The position numbers were made by a program, and so were the translations under genes. Source: Paramecium tetraurelia (taxonomy: Eukaryota). From it: a DNA stretch of 64,000 bases. Of the stretch, positions 40,056-53,111 are shown one piece after another. Numbering within the stretch: position 1 is the first letter of the stretch; the number at the start of each line of letters is the position of its first letter. The notes below the pieces were generated by a model that did not search any database, was not told the origin of the DNA, and was given only the letters and a program-made list of their open reading frames with translations. The stretch is taken from NCBI GenBank assembly GCA_000165425.1, contig CT868023.1:124001-188000 (forward strand). The letters are read 5' to 3'.

Positions 40056-40854
40056 TCATTATGTGGCAGGTTCTAGACTTTTGACCAGTTTGAAAAGCTT
40101 TGATACTTCACCGACTTTGGAAAATTCAATACAGAATGCTTATAACTAAATGTCATATATTCTTACATCAGTGAGAATGTCCTTGGTGACAAATGCTTTT
40201 TGCTTGAGCATCTACTAGATAAATACAGAAACAAACCTAACCAATTTATTTTGTTATTATTTTTCCTATAATTCATAATTTTTGAATTACCTTGATGTTA
40301 TTACAGAAGTCAATGCAATAATTAATATACTGTGTGATGTATTCTTATGGTAATTTGAGTTCCCCAAATAGTTGGGCGAACAATTCAAGGGTATTCTGTG
40401 TAACATCAATTTAGATGAAGACTTCTAAAAATCTAAAATTTTATTTGGTTAATACTCTTCGAAGCCATCTAGGTTGCATATTTAAATCAATAAAAAATGT
40501 GCGATCTCTTTATTCTTTTCAATAATGATGGGTAACCTTTGACAAGTGAATCCGCAATTTTTAAGCAAATCCTTTTCATTAGAGAGATAATCAAATAATA
40601 GCTAAGTGAAGATAGGGATTTTATATACTCTTTATTCTTCATCACTTATTTCAGTTGTACAGGTTTTTTGGATGATCTCTTTGACTTGACTCAATTTATC
40701 TTGGTTAATTTCAAAGAGTATAATTCCATTGGACATTCATCAGAAGAATATTGTCATTCCATGATGGATCAGATATCACAATATTGGGAATGGGTCTTAG
40801 GTAATCAGTCTGGTATTAAGCAAAATCAATATTAAGAGATTTTATTTTATCCAT
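40056..40854 (-). CDS. CNOT11: CNOT11 (CCR4-NOT subunit, DUF2363) homolog; short and frameshifted near 40712, possible pseudogene
   Basis: DYLRPIP, LPIIIEKN, LPQEYITQYINYCIDFCNNIKEKQQQNKLVRFVSVFIQQML and LQAFCIEFSKVGEVSKLFKLVK. There is an in-frame TGA at 40711-40713. Confidence 0.82.
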
Positions 40855-40881
40855 GTGAGTATATGAATTAATAATAAATAA

Positions 40882-42101
40882 TCATGTTGGTACAAATGAC
40901 TATTGAACAGTTAGATTGGAAAATGCATTGACTGAGACATTCATGATAGGTAAAAAGTTCCATCCTTCCAAATTGATTTTCTGAGGTAATTGAGATTCCT
41001 GAATATTAATAGGGATTTGGCAGACTACTGGAACTGACAACCAAGTTAAGAAAGCGTCCTATTGGTGATTAAGATCATTTCAATACAGCAATAGCTTCCA
41101 TTTACAAAAAGTATTAGTTTCTGATAATATTAGTTTTAATAGTAGCTCTGAGATATTTTGGTATTTCTAATAAGGCATTTTGTCTTTCCAATTTTTAACC
41201 AGAATTGACTCCCCCTAGATTCTGTTGAAATACTTTCACATTTTCTACTACCCTTTCCATTTCATCATCATCAATAAACGTGAGCTTATTGATCAATCTA
41301 GCTTCAACTCTACTGATGGATCTTTAAGAACGAGTGTTATCCAATGTATACTCAATTTGCAATTGTTCTCCTGGAATGAAATTGTTTTTGTTTATTTTCA
41401 ATGAAAGTTCTACTGTTCCTCGATTTAAACACAAAAATTAAACTATATTTCCTTCACATTACCTAAATTGCTCACATTCAGAGGCTGTCCTTCCATTAAT
41501 AAAGACATCAGCACTTTCCATCATTAAAGTGCTAGCCTCATCGGGTAGATCAACTCTCAAAGTCACCTTATAACCGCATTTGGCTTATTTCAACCCTATG
41601 TCAAAACTGAATTGATACCATCTTCGCTTTTGTACGAAAAACTTGAAGACATGTTATATTGGGTAGGAACACTAAATTAAAATTTATAATCGCCTGGTTT
41701 CACTTATCCAGTGTACAATTCCTGGGTGTAAACAAAGGATTCATGAGTTCCATAATGTCTAATCACTCTATACATGATATCACCATTGAGCTCATATTTC
41801 TTCTGAGTTTGCTTGGGCTATCTAAATGGAGAATCCAGAGTCACTTAAATTCTTTGAGCTCTCTCAACCAATTTCTCTGGGATCATTTGAGGATTGCTTT
41901 GATCATAAGGTATCTTAAGATACAAATCTATTTAATTACCTACTTTTTGTCAATTATCTTGGAATACATTTTGGTTTAAAAAGTCAAAACTATTTAAGCC
42001 TTTGGTATTTCCTGTGTTATTCTGATGAAACATTCTCCCCTGATTTGATCTCCTGCCAAAGTAACAGGATCAAAAAACTTAAATAAAACATTCCTATTCA
42101 T
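40882..42101 (-). CDS. Alpha-arrestin-like (arrestin N and C domain) protein
   Basis: AGDQIRGECFI, PGDYKFQFSVP...SSF...CGYKVTLRVD and GTVELSLKINKNNFIPGEQLQIEYTLDN. Confidence 0.8.
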
Positions 42102-42126
42102 CAAACTAATTAAAGATTTAATTTAA

Positions 42127-43607
42127 TCAATATTCATAGTCAAAATATTCTTTAAGACACTATTCAGCTAAGTTGCATATCTTTTCGGCCCCACAAATCT
42201 AGATCAAATTCTCAAGTTTCTTCTGAACTCCAGTCTAAGAAAAGTACTAATAAATTTAGGCTTTATATTAGCTTGATTGTAACTCTTTAATTATTAATCC
42301 CAAAGCTAATTGAATAAATAAATAGACTACTTTCTATAGACAATTATACTATTTTGAGATCTATGTCATCCAGACCCGAAATTTCATAATCCAACAAGCC
42401 AGAATCAAGAATTATCAACAATTAATTCTATGTGCAAACAACTAAAAAGTTCTTAAATGCCTAATAGAGTTCCCTTCTGACATCCACAACATCAGTTTCC
42501 AAAAGATCAAAAACAGTCTCCAGTATTTTTTGATTCGAAACTATCTAATCCAAAATCAAATGAGAAGAGGCCATCAAATTATTGAATATCATGCTTCCAT
42601 AAATCCTGCAATAGGTACGTTAAGTGTTCTTCAGTAACCCATAGAGGACATCCATAATTCCTAAATCCAACAATTTTGAACACTCATCAAATTCGGATGT
42701 GAATGACAAACTCACTAATATAGATAGAGACAATTTAGAGATGTTTTTATCCTTATTATTAATTAAGTTCATGATAGATTACATTATCCTCATAGTCAAA
42801 ATGAATTGAACATTTTAAAGGTTTCTACTCGCATTCTCAATTATCATTAGACCCTTCTCTTTTACTAATTAATTTCAAAATATCAATTACAGTTATTATC
42901 CGCACTCTCAATCAATTTGGAGGCAATTCTCAAAATAGCAATTACTTAGTTGTCATCATCAATACTCTTTGTTATACTGGCCAGAATTCTAAGTGCTTTA
43001 TCGTTGTTCCTATTCACCTGTAGTGACTTTAGAACACTCTCAACGATGTCATATTTTGAAAATTTAGGGGAATGCAATTCTACTAATTAATTTAAACCTC
43101 TTAATCCCTATTAACAAAATTTACACTAATTGATACATTCTCTTTTAATAAACTCTAGTCAGAGTCTATCCAAGATTTGTAAATCTCACAAACTTAATCG
43201 AAATGTTAATTTACATAGACCCTTGACTTTTTCTACTTAACCAATTATCTAAAACAATTTGCTGCTTTTGTAGCAAACACAGAATACTTTGGATTCGAAC
43301 CTAAACACATGGAATCAACCAATGTCTTGATTATTCTTAAATGTTCTGCCCATTCACAAAATTAAGATGGATCATTTATCGCAGTCGATTGAACATCATC
43401 TAAAATCGATACCATTATTTAAAATTCTTCATCGTTCAATTCCTCAAATCTCATCAACTTGTCCACTATATCGATTAATTATTCAATTGGATAATGCTTT
43501 ACTGGGTTAGTAACTAATCTCTTCAATCTAAACGTCTATTCTAAAGTTCTCTTTCTCAATTCTGAATGAAAGTTCTCTCTCATATCTCTAAGTCTGTTTG
43601 AACTCAT
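42127..43607 (-). CDS. Divergent importin-alpha-like protein
   Basis: An N-terminal IBB-like segment RLRDMRENFHSELRKRTLEQTFRLKR is followed by a ~450-aa helical, ARM-like body; ends EYFDYEY*. Confidence 0.6.
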
Positions 43608-44229
43608 TTTAGAAGAAAATTATTAAAAATTCTAATTTAGAAGGTTCTATAATTTACAATTAAAATTAAATATATGCTCCTAAATATTTGATATCATTTT
43701 AATAACCACTATCTAATTCAACAAATAGAGAAGAAGGAACATTTTAATTGAAATGTAGGAAAGAAAGATTTTATTTTTAAAAGGTAACTAAAATATATAA
43801 TCAATATAAGTACTAAAACTAGTTACGATACTAGTTAAAAGTAGAATAATGACATCATTACTATCCTTTTTGTTATGAACTCTGAGAAATTAAAACAGTT
43901 TCTAAGATATTGTTGGTCAATCAATCAATTATTTTTAGTTATAAGCTAGTCTCAAATTAAGTAGTATGAGTATTAGTACTAATATTTGAACTAATGACTC
44001 GCAAATTATATATAAATGGAGATCAAATTTACCTTATAATAATTTATGTGGCAATCCAGAATTTAATAAAATTACTAAAATTATAATCATATTACAATGG
44101 CTATTTTTTTAAGCTCAAATTAATTGATTAATCTAATTAATTCACAAACCATGATATCAGTTTAATTTAATAGATAACTATTCATCAAAATTGTATTAAT
44201 ACAAAACTTGAACCAATTTCATAATTCTT

Positions 44230-45116
44230 TCTGTTATGCTGTATCTGATAATCATGTATCATCTTTAAGAAATTGTTTTAGTATACTTTAAAAAAAGATA
44301 CTATGCAAAATGTCGGTTAAATCAAATTATAAACCTGATGTAATACGAAATTTGTTTATTTAAAATCAATTACTTCTCACTTTTACTTCTTATCCGAACC
44401 AATTATTGACAATCGTGATTATTATTGTTACTATTACACTTCTATTTTCTCTATCTTTACAACTAAATCATTTAAAATTTGCATTATTGTCTATTATTTT
44501 TCTAATTCATAGAAGTAAAGATATGTACAATTATAATTTCGCTAGAATGATTTTAGTTACTCATCTATCTCATGTTTCAATGTTTCCTAATCCTTTTTAA
44601 TACTTATTTCCCACTCTTACTTTAATTGATATTAAATAAAATACTCTCATTTATTGGTGCTTCTGATCTCAATTATTTCAATTAAGCTCTAAATATTGAA
44701 CAAAAATAAAATTACTAATGCTCTAATAACATATTTATCTAAACTTCGTGCTTATTCAAAGTTCTTTGTACTTAATCTTCCAATTTCTCTTTATCTACTG
44801 CAGAATATGTTCTCTAATGTGTTGACCTTATTGTTTGTCTCAATTTCAAAATCTCATTCTCAACTTGATTCTTCATCTATTGTAACTATATTAGTTGACT
44901 ATACATTAGATATAAAACGCTCTGTCAATTTGGTAATCAATTCCACAAGTAATTTTTGGACTTAATCAATCAATTACTCCCTTTCTATAACATTCTAAAT
45001 CTATTCAACCATTTATGACTGCTTATCTCTCTTTCCCAAATACTAACATCCATATAAATGTATACAGAATCTACAGCTACTTATACTTTCTTTTGAAATT
45101 CCTTGTCTTCGTTCAT
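44230..45116 (-). CDS. Hypothetical coiled-coil protein (exon structure and 3' end uncertain)
   Basis: ATG 45116 gives MNEDKEFQKKVQVAVDS. Heptad-rich exons are separated by short GT..AG introns, and one junction near 44660 does not keep frame. Confidence 0.45.
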
Positions 45117-45149
45117 AAAAATAATATTAATATATTTTAATATTAAAAG

Positions 45150-45641
45150 ATGGGAGCCTGTTCTGGCAAATAACCACCCAAAAAATAAGTTTCTCAACCT
45201 AAACCAATTGTGTAAATTCAATCACAAAAGTAAAATTTTCTTGCTATATGGAATGAACTTGATTCAAGTCTTAATCTCGTCAATAGAAATGTCGAGAATG
45301 AAAAAACTATAGCCAAGCTCAAAACTCTATTTCAAACCAAAGGAACTATAGAAGAAATGATTATAAATCAAAGTAAAAGAGGAGGTAGGAATCTCAATTA
45401 AGATCCTTTATAAGACACTGCTTTCCAATATAATCTTTTTTTATAAGTAGACAAAATAAATAGAATTCTTTCCGATTATCTACTTATTGATAGAGCCTTT
45501 GAAGATAAAAATAATCAAATTTTAGATACATTGCAACAAATCGTTGATAAAATCGAACAATATCGATAATCAATAAAGACTAAGCAAGGAATCTGGAAAT
45601 AAAACCAAAGTACCAACTTTAGTAATACAAATGTGTATTGA
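45150..45641 (+). CDS. Hypothetical 163-aa protein with an MGAC dual-acylation-type N-terminus
   Basis: Intronless frame MGACSGKQPPKKQVSQPKP...NTNVY*. Confidence 0.7.
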
Positions 45642-47438
45642 ACAACAATATATTTAATTAATTAATGATAACAATTAGATTTTATAATAATACTTAATAT
45701 AATACTAAAATTTGAGTAAATAATCTTTCTGGATCTTTGTAAAATATATAGAAATATTTAATATGCAAACCTTATATTATGTTTATCTTTCATTATTTGA
45801 AATTTAAATCTAACTAAAAATGTCTAACTCAAATAGTAAACTAAAAATATCCAACATATCAATATAAATTTATAATTGTAATTTATTATTTTTATACTTG
45901 TCATCAAGTAATTATATAATTATTTTATCGAAATTATGAATATTAATTTATTTGACAAAAAGTCAGAATACTTAATTAATTTATTTATACCAAGCTAAAT
46001 AACCTTCATTTTCATCCACACATTTATTAAATAATACTGATCTATGATTAGCACTCTCAAATAATTTTGATTGTTAATGAACTCATTAGATTGGATTCAT
46101 ATAAATAAGAAGGGTAAGATTTCTTTATCAATGGATCAAGGATCTGCTAAGAGCTAGAATTGTTAATTAAAAATATTTTATAAATTTTGAAAAATCATGA
46201 ACCCATTTGAAATGAAGGATGACTCATTATCTGCACTTAATCAGATATAATATCAAAAAATTAATTTATCATCTAATATCAATTTTCATTCATTTATTAA
46301 TCTTAAAATTTACAATTCTTCAAAATCTAAATATAAATTTTTTATTCATTCATTTTCTTAAATAATCAATAGTTATATGGAGTATCTGAAATAAAGGTAA
46401 TAAAAGATCGATTTAAATAAGATGGATAATAATGATTTTCTTCCATTTGTTATTATTAAAGCAAAGTTACTTTAAAAATCAGTTTTTGAAGAAGTTTAGT
46501 CAAATTAATGAGAATTCCTGTTGATGGCCTTTATTTAAATCTAGTTCTGAATTTCCATTAGAATTTTGTAATAAACTTCTTTTAATTAAGTTCTACATTA
46601 AGTCATCAATTAAAATTACTATACTATTTTCATCTAAAGTTTTTTCGATATTCCAAAATTTTTAATTGCAGAATTTTGTTATATATAATCATATGCTATC
46701 TCCTCTGTTTGGCATAAATAAATTTGATTCCTTTATTCAATATGATTGAATGAGCCCATAAAATATTGTAATTATAAGTTTTACAAAAACTCATAATACT
46801 TAAATTGCTTCTATATATTCTCTAATTCTCAAAAACTTTTACTCTTTCCAAGTTTGATTTCCTTTTTTCCTATTTTTTGTAAATCCCAATCTCCAATAAT
46901 TAATTTATTCTTATTGCTCATATCTTGAAAACAGAAATTTCCCTCATTATAGAGATTTGCTTCAAATTAATATAATCCTGTTCCAAAAATATTATTAAAA
47001 TTAATAATTATATCACAATATTTTATTATTATATATTTCATAATTTTTTTTGAAAGCATTTAAACAAATAACTTAAATAACAAAGATATTATTGACATCT
47101 CGATCTAAAATCATATGACCAATGCTTGGAAATATATCTGTTGTTGTTTCAAGTGTTCAAACACCTAGTGGTATTAAATTCTCTTCATATATTGATATGT
47201 TAAATCAACTGGTTTTGGCCAAAGAAAAAGATCAATTACATAATTAAATATAACAGTTTTGTGAACATCAAAAGTACAAGTTTTATATCATGTATTTAAA
47301 GTTACTGAATATTATGCATATGGATAATCCTTGAATTCGAATTATTAATTTAAATCCTTTATTCAATTCAGCATTTAACTTATAACATATATGGCAGCAT
47401 TACTTTAATATTTTTTAATAAAATAAATAATAATCTAC

Positions 47439-47735
47439 ATGGGTTGTTCCTAAAGCGTAACAGCAGATGACAACCAAGCTGTGATTCTTATTAAGCCAAA
47501 GACTCTTAAATTTAAGTCTCACAATTCCAATATGGAATCTATTTTAAAGAAAAAGTATACTGACGGAAGTGGATAGGCTTTTTACATTATCCCAACCGAA
47601 GGAGCCTCTTTCTCAAAAGTTCCAGTCTTAGGTGGGCCAGATTCGAATCAACTTGTATTGAGAAGACGACAATCCAAGTTATCAAGTAGTCCTACAATTA
47701 CAGAGAAGGTGCAGACTTAGCCAATGTCTTTCTGA
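47439..47735 (+). CDS. Small 98-aa protein with an MGC N-terminus
   Basis: Intronless MGCSQSVTADDNQ...KVPVLGGPDSNQLVLRRRQSK...PMSF*; GC content is elevated relative to the flanks. Confidence 0.72.
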
Positions 47736-47803
47736 GAATAATTGAATAAATGAATATATGTTGTCCATATTTTAATAAAAATCCAAAATAAATTATTTAT
47801 TAT

Positions 47804-48259
47804 TCATAAAGGAGAATCCCATGGTCCAAAAGAATTACTTTTGTTTAAAACATTTATGGGGGATTTAAAATTTAACTTAATTTTCTTGGCAGTAGAAATA
47901 TCGATTTAAATCTTAGGCATATCTGTGACAAATCTCTTATGAGAGTTGGGTTTACAACCATTATTTGGAAATCTACATAACAGTTCCTTCTTTTTTGGTT
48001 TAATTATCTCATGCACTGATATCAATCTTAAAATTGTTCCCTATTCATCAGAAGGAGGGTTCCATGGTTTTGGATTTAAGGTGTTTTGCGATTTATAATA
48101 CAACTTCAACCTTTATGAAAAAGTCAATTGAGGAATTTTTTATGGAGGAGGAGATTAACTTAAAGGCTAGCCAACAAAAAGCTTTGGTTCTAAAGGAGGA
48201 ATTGGAGATTATCGTTATCTTATCAATGACTTGCTCATCCTCAATTTGTTTGTATTCAT
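47804..48259 (-). CDS. Hypothetical basic 151-aa protein
   Basis: Intronless MNTNKLRMSKSLIRQRQSPIPP...NSFGPWDSPL*. Confidence 0.65.
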
Positions 48260-49429
48260 AATTTATAATAAATTAAAATATTTTAGATTTGTTAAGTGTT
48301 CAATAAAGAGAATGTTTTGAGATATACTCCTATTCACAAAAATGAACACAAACTCTTCTAAGCAAAAATTCTAAACATTCTTGCGAAGACATAATAAAAA
48401 TTATGAAAGTGGTTTAATTATTAGAATTTTGACATATAAAGAAACATTTTAGATGTAAACTGAAAGTACCTGAATGATAAAATTTGGAAAAATTAAATCT
48501 AATGAAGTTGTTATTAATGATGTTGAAAATACCATACCATCTTTTATCCTATCATTGAAGGTTTGAAATCTATTGTTGTACCCAATCTCAACACTTAACA
48601 GGACATTTTTCTTGTGAACTAATTATTCTACTGTATTTGAACTTTTAATTGTGGATAGAGAAATATATTTTGATTAAAAGAATATAAATGGAAAGCAAGG
48701 TAAATATCAATTTATATGTTCAAGTTTAGATTGATTTATTATAATTGTATCTGTAATATCATTTGAATAGTGTCGTTTATATTATTTTCTTAATTCAATA
48801 AATATTTTAAGAAATTTTCATCCCATGCTTTTTGGAAACCCGCAATTATAGCTATCTATAATAAGAATAAACAATCTTATAATCTTGAAGGAAATATATA
48901 CATTATATCCTTGAGATAATTATAACTATCAATTAAACATATGCATATATAGAAATATATAATATTAGTAATTATTTTTAAAGAAAAAATATACTCTAAG
49001 TTGGTTTTTTGGATTAAAGAGTTAGATTATAAGTCAGTCAATATAACATAGTGCATAATAATAATATCCTGAGAAATAAATTATAATTAGAAAAAATGAA
49101 TTAAAATTATGAAGTCAAGAAAAACATCACATGTTGGTTAGTATTAAGAGCTTATAGTATTTTACACTTTCCTTTTTAATATAAGTTATGTTTGTTTGTT
49201 ATTTATCAATTCAAGCTAATTTCCATATTTTGCTAGAATTTCTAAAATTCTGAGATACTTCAATTTAGATCAACCAAAAATAAATCAAATAATTACTCTC
49301 TTGAATCATTTGACTGACTGCTATGATTATCCGTGGTTGACATCCAAAATTAAATCTAATGTAACCTTGTAAATTATGTTTCGATTCTTTTATTCTATGA
49401 GTTTTATTTGTGACATTATTAATTAAATT

Positions 49430-50191
49430 ATGTTCGGATATATTTTAGCTTGGCTATGTCAATTCATTGATAAGACTATTAGGCTTGTACGTAAAACAAT
49501 AAGACCAAAAAAGAAGTTTGGACTAGGACGTTATCAGGAAATTCCTAGGTCAAATTCATCATATACTGGGAGATTGAAATTACTGATAGGATTAGAGGGG
49601 ACTCTTGTTTGTACAAGTCATTCTCCAGTTGAAGGGTGGAATAAAATCATTATTCAGTAAGATGCTTGCAATATTTCTATGCAGATATCATTCAGGACTC
49701 ACCCAGGATTTTTATGTTAAACATAGGCCACTTCTAGATCACTTTTTATGCAATGTTTCGTAAATTTATGATGTCAGCATCTACACAACCCAAATTAAAG
49801 AGTTTGCTGCTCCAATAATAGATCAATTTTGCATCCAATTCTCTCAAAATTTTTACAGATAAAAGTAAATTTTATTTTTCACATAGTCATGTGTAATATC
49901 TCGCAATAAGATCAGAAAGGAAATTAATATGACGACATCTAATCCTCACAATGTAATATTTGTGGATTACGATGAGGATTAATGCTTAGGTATAAATTTT
50001 AGAAATCCATTCAAGCCAACTCTGAAAATGCTTATCAAATATCAAAGTATAATGGTCAAGATAATGATACTGAATTATTGAAATTGTAGGATTTCTTGAT
50101 TAAAGCAGAATCATAGATGAAAGTTCGTAAAGAGCTGGATCCTAGCGTTACAATTCAAGACATATTATTAGAACTAGCAGGAGAGGATTGA
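49430..50191 (+). CDS. NIF/FCP1-family (CTDSP/Dullard/TIM50-like) phosphatase homolog lacking DxDxT; apparent frameshift near 49863
   Basis: KLLIGLEGTLV, FYVKHRPLLDHFL, YDVSIYT, FAAPIID, FYRQ..SC, NVIFVD and DNDTELLKLQDFL. Confidence 0.8.
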
Positions 50192-51583
50192 TAATGAACT
50201 ATAAATATGAATAAAATAATACAAAATAATATTGTTAAAATCTTAAGATTTATTATTAAAAATATACAGTTTTGATGGATTATAAATGGATAACTATTAT
50301 TTTAATAAGATGTATGAAATTAAAAAGAAAAATCACTAATATTCATTTTTTGGATGATTTTTTATTTGAATTTATAAAATTCAGACTATATATAGAATTG
50401 ATTTTAATATTAAATTTTTTATTAAAAGGTATACCTTGTCCAAAACAAAATTGCTGACTCCTTTAAATAAATTCTCTTTGATAGACCACTAATAAAATAG
50501 TATAGCAATCATATGGGAGATCAGCAATAATTTTAATAAAAAGTGAAATCATAAACCAAGATTTAATTAATAAATGGATAATAAGTCCATCAAATTACTC
50601 CGTTAGTTAGATAAAGTTAGTAAATAGAAGTTCCAGAAATGATGAAAGCCCTCTGAAACAAAAATAAATATATAGAATTTTTACATAACACATATAAAAT
50701 ACAATAGAAAATTACTTTGTTTAAGATAGTTTAGAAAATTATGGAATTTTAAAGTGAAATAAAATAAATGGATAAAAAGTAGCAATATGATATACAAAAA
50801 AAAGAAAATTATTGTCACTTTAGGTTATCAAAGCTGTTTACTATTTTTATTCCGAAAACATAGCTTTACTTAAATCTAAATCTATCTACATCACGAGGCA
50901 TAAATTTTAAAATAGTTTAATAAAAGAAAATAAAATTAAATCGATTGATTTTTGGTTTAAGTTCATTTATTGATCATGATATTATTTCATATAATAGAAT
51001 GTTCATAGTTTGGTGTTATGAGTGATATCATACAAGCCAAATACTTATATAATCAATCTATAACATTAAATAAGAAAGATGATCTTTTTGGAAAATGTTT
51101 ATAAAAAATATTCGATTCTCTCATCTTGTATTTACCTATTTGTTTAACCCGTCAATTATCTTAATAAATAACTATATTGAGTTTGTTGAGCTGTGGTTTT
51201 TAACCACCACAAGAAATATATTTAAATACTATTGTGTTCATTTAGGAATTTTAGAAAAATTAACAAATAACCTGTAAATATTGAATGGAAATAATCACAA
51301 GAAGAACATGAAGACATCAGACCTACTGTAGATGTGTTTTATCCTCTCAATTTTGAAGATGAATTTTTATACGAGCCATGTTCTGAATATTTATTCTCGG
51401 TTCAAATTACAAAATAATTGATTTTTGAATTCTATCATTAAGCATTGTAAATTAGTATATTATAATGATTATTCACATAACATGATAGGAATATTTTAAT
51501 TTCTAAATAATTTTGTAATTATACGTCATTCAGTGGTTTATGAGCAGTGTGGACAAAAAGAAATCTAATAAAATATATTATTT

Positions 51584-52547
51584 ATGTAAATATTTGAGAC
51601 CATTGTCAAGTACTGTGACAAAAATGATATCAAGTTAATAGAGTCAGGATGGCTGTTATACTGTCACGTATTGGGCGTGATTGGTATAATTTGGAGCTTC
51701 TTCTTGGAGTCAGAATTGTTCTACAAATACTACCTTGTAAATAATTCCATTAAATTTAGGCCTTCTTAATTTGGCATTGCCTTACAGGATTAGGAATCAC
51801 AGGTGGAGCTCACAGATTATGGGCACATAAATCCTACAAAGCATCATGGCCAATTAGAGTTTTCTTGATGTTTATGAATTCAAATTGTTTCTAAGGAAGT
51901 ATCTGGCATTGGAGTAGAGATCACAGACTTCACCACAAGTTTAGTGTATGAAACTTTATATATTCAAAGGATACACCATTGGATCCACACAATTCTTAGT
52001 AAGGATTATTTTTCTCTCATTGTGGATGGTTATTGAAAAAGAAGAGCAAGGAGTTAGTTGAAGAAGGAATGAAACTCGACATATCCGATTTGAAAGCCGA
52101 TCCTGTCGTAATGTTCTAAAAGAGACATTATTATAAAATGGCTTTCCTTTGGGCTTTTATCATCCCTGCTTTGACTGGTTTGATTATAAGCGACAAGTGG
52201 TTCTTCAGTCTTTTGTTCTTAGGGTTCGGAAAGTACATCTTCACATTGAATGCCACATGGTATTGCTCAATTATTAAGTTAGGTGTGTTAATTCAATCTG
52301 CCACTTTTATGGAAGCAGAAAGTGGAATCCAAGAATTGAACCAAGAGACAACATCTTCGTCTCATTAATAACTTTGGGTGAGGGATGGCATAACTGGCAT
52401 CACGAATATCCAAGAGATTGGAGAGCTTCTAAAAATGAATGGTGGATGATCAACCCAACATGCTCATTTATTTAGATGTGTGAATATATTGGATTAGTAA
52501 ATACCAAAAGAGCAAAATTGGAAGAAAAGGTGAAATACGATTATTGA
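51584..52547 (+). CDS. Delta-9 acyl-CoA fatty acid desaturase (SCD/OLE1-like)
   Basis: Three His boxes: GITGGAHRLWAH, WSRDHRLHHKFS..DPHN and GEGWHNWHHEYP; three short introns. Confidence 0.95.
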
Positions 52548-53111
52548 TTTATTATTCATTTGAAACACAAATAAAATTCTTAATTTTAATTATATTCATA
52601 TTCTTAAACTTATATTATTTCTTATTTTGAAGCTTCATTTAATATTCTTAAAAATTAAAAATTCCTAAAATCACTTCTAAAAATATTAAGTTCAATTTCC
52701 TAATAATTCATATTTTGCATCATAGAGTTTAATTAATACAGCAATTCTTAGAATAATTTCAATTATTTGAATAAGTAATCAAATATCATAGATCTCTATG
52801 ATATATTGATCAACTCAAAGTTATCAGCAAAGTCTAAGATATCATATAATCCAACAAAGCATAGGATTATCATCAAAACTATCAATATCATACTCAGATT
52901 TCAAGTCTGAAAAAGAATTAATTAAACAAAATTAAGGTCAAAATTTAGTTTCAATATGTTTTGAATAGTAAATTAGTTTTGCTACATGCATGAATTGAGA
53001 AGATATAGAATTAGTCATTCCAAAAGAAATCAGACATTTTAATCAAGATCAAGTCAAAATAAAAAATTATTATGATTATAATTATAATTATTTTTGATTA
53101 ATAATAATAAA

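Noticed and set aside
45700..47400. Possible genes here and in 48400-49350, 50450-51500 and 62520-64000
   Set aside because: Only short, stop-interrupted readings with no coherent model; these regions were left unannotated.
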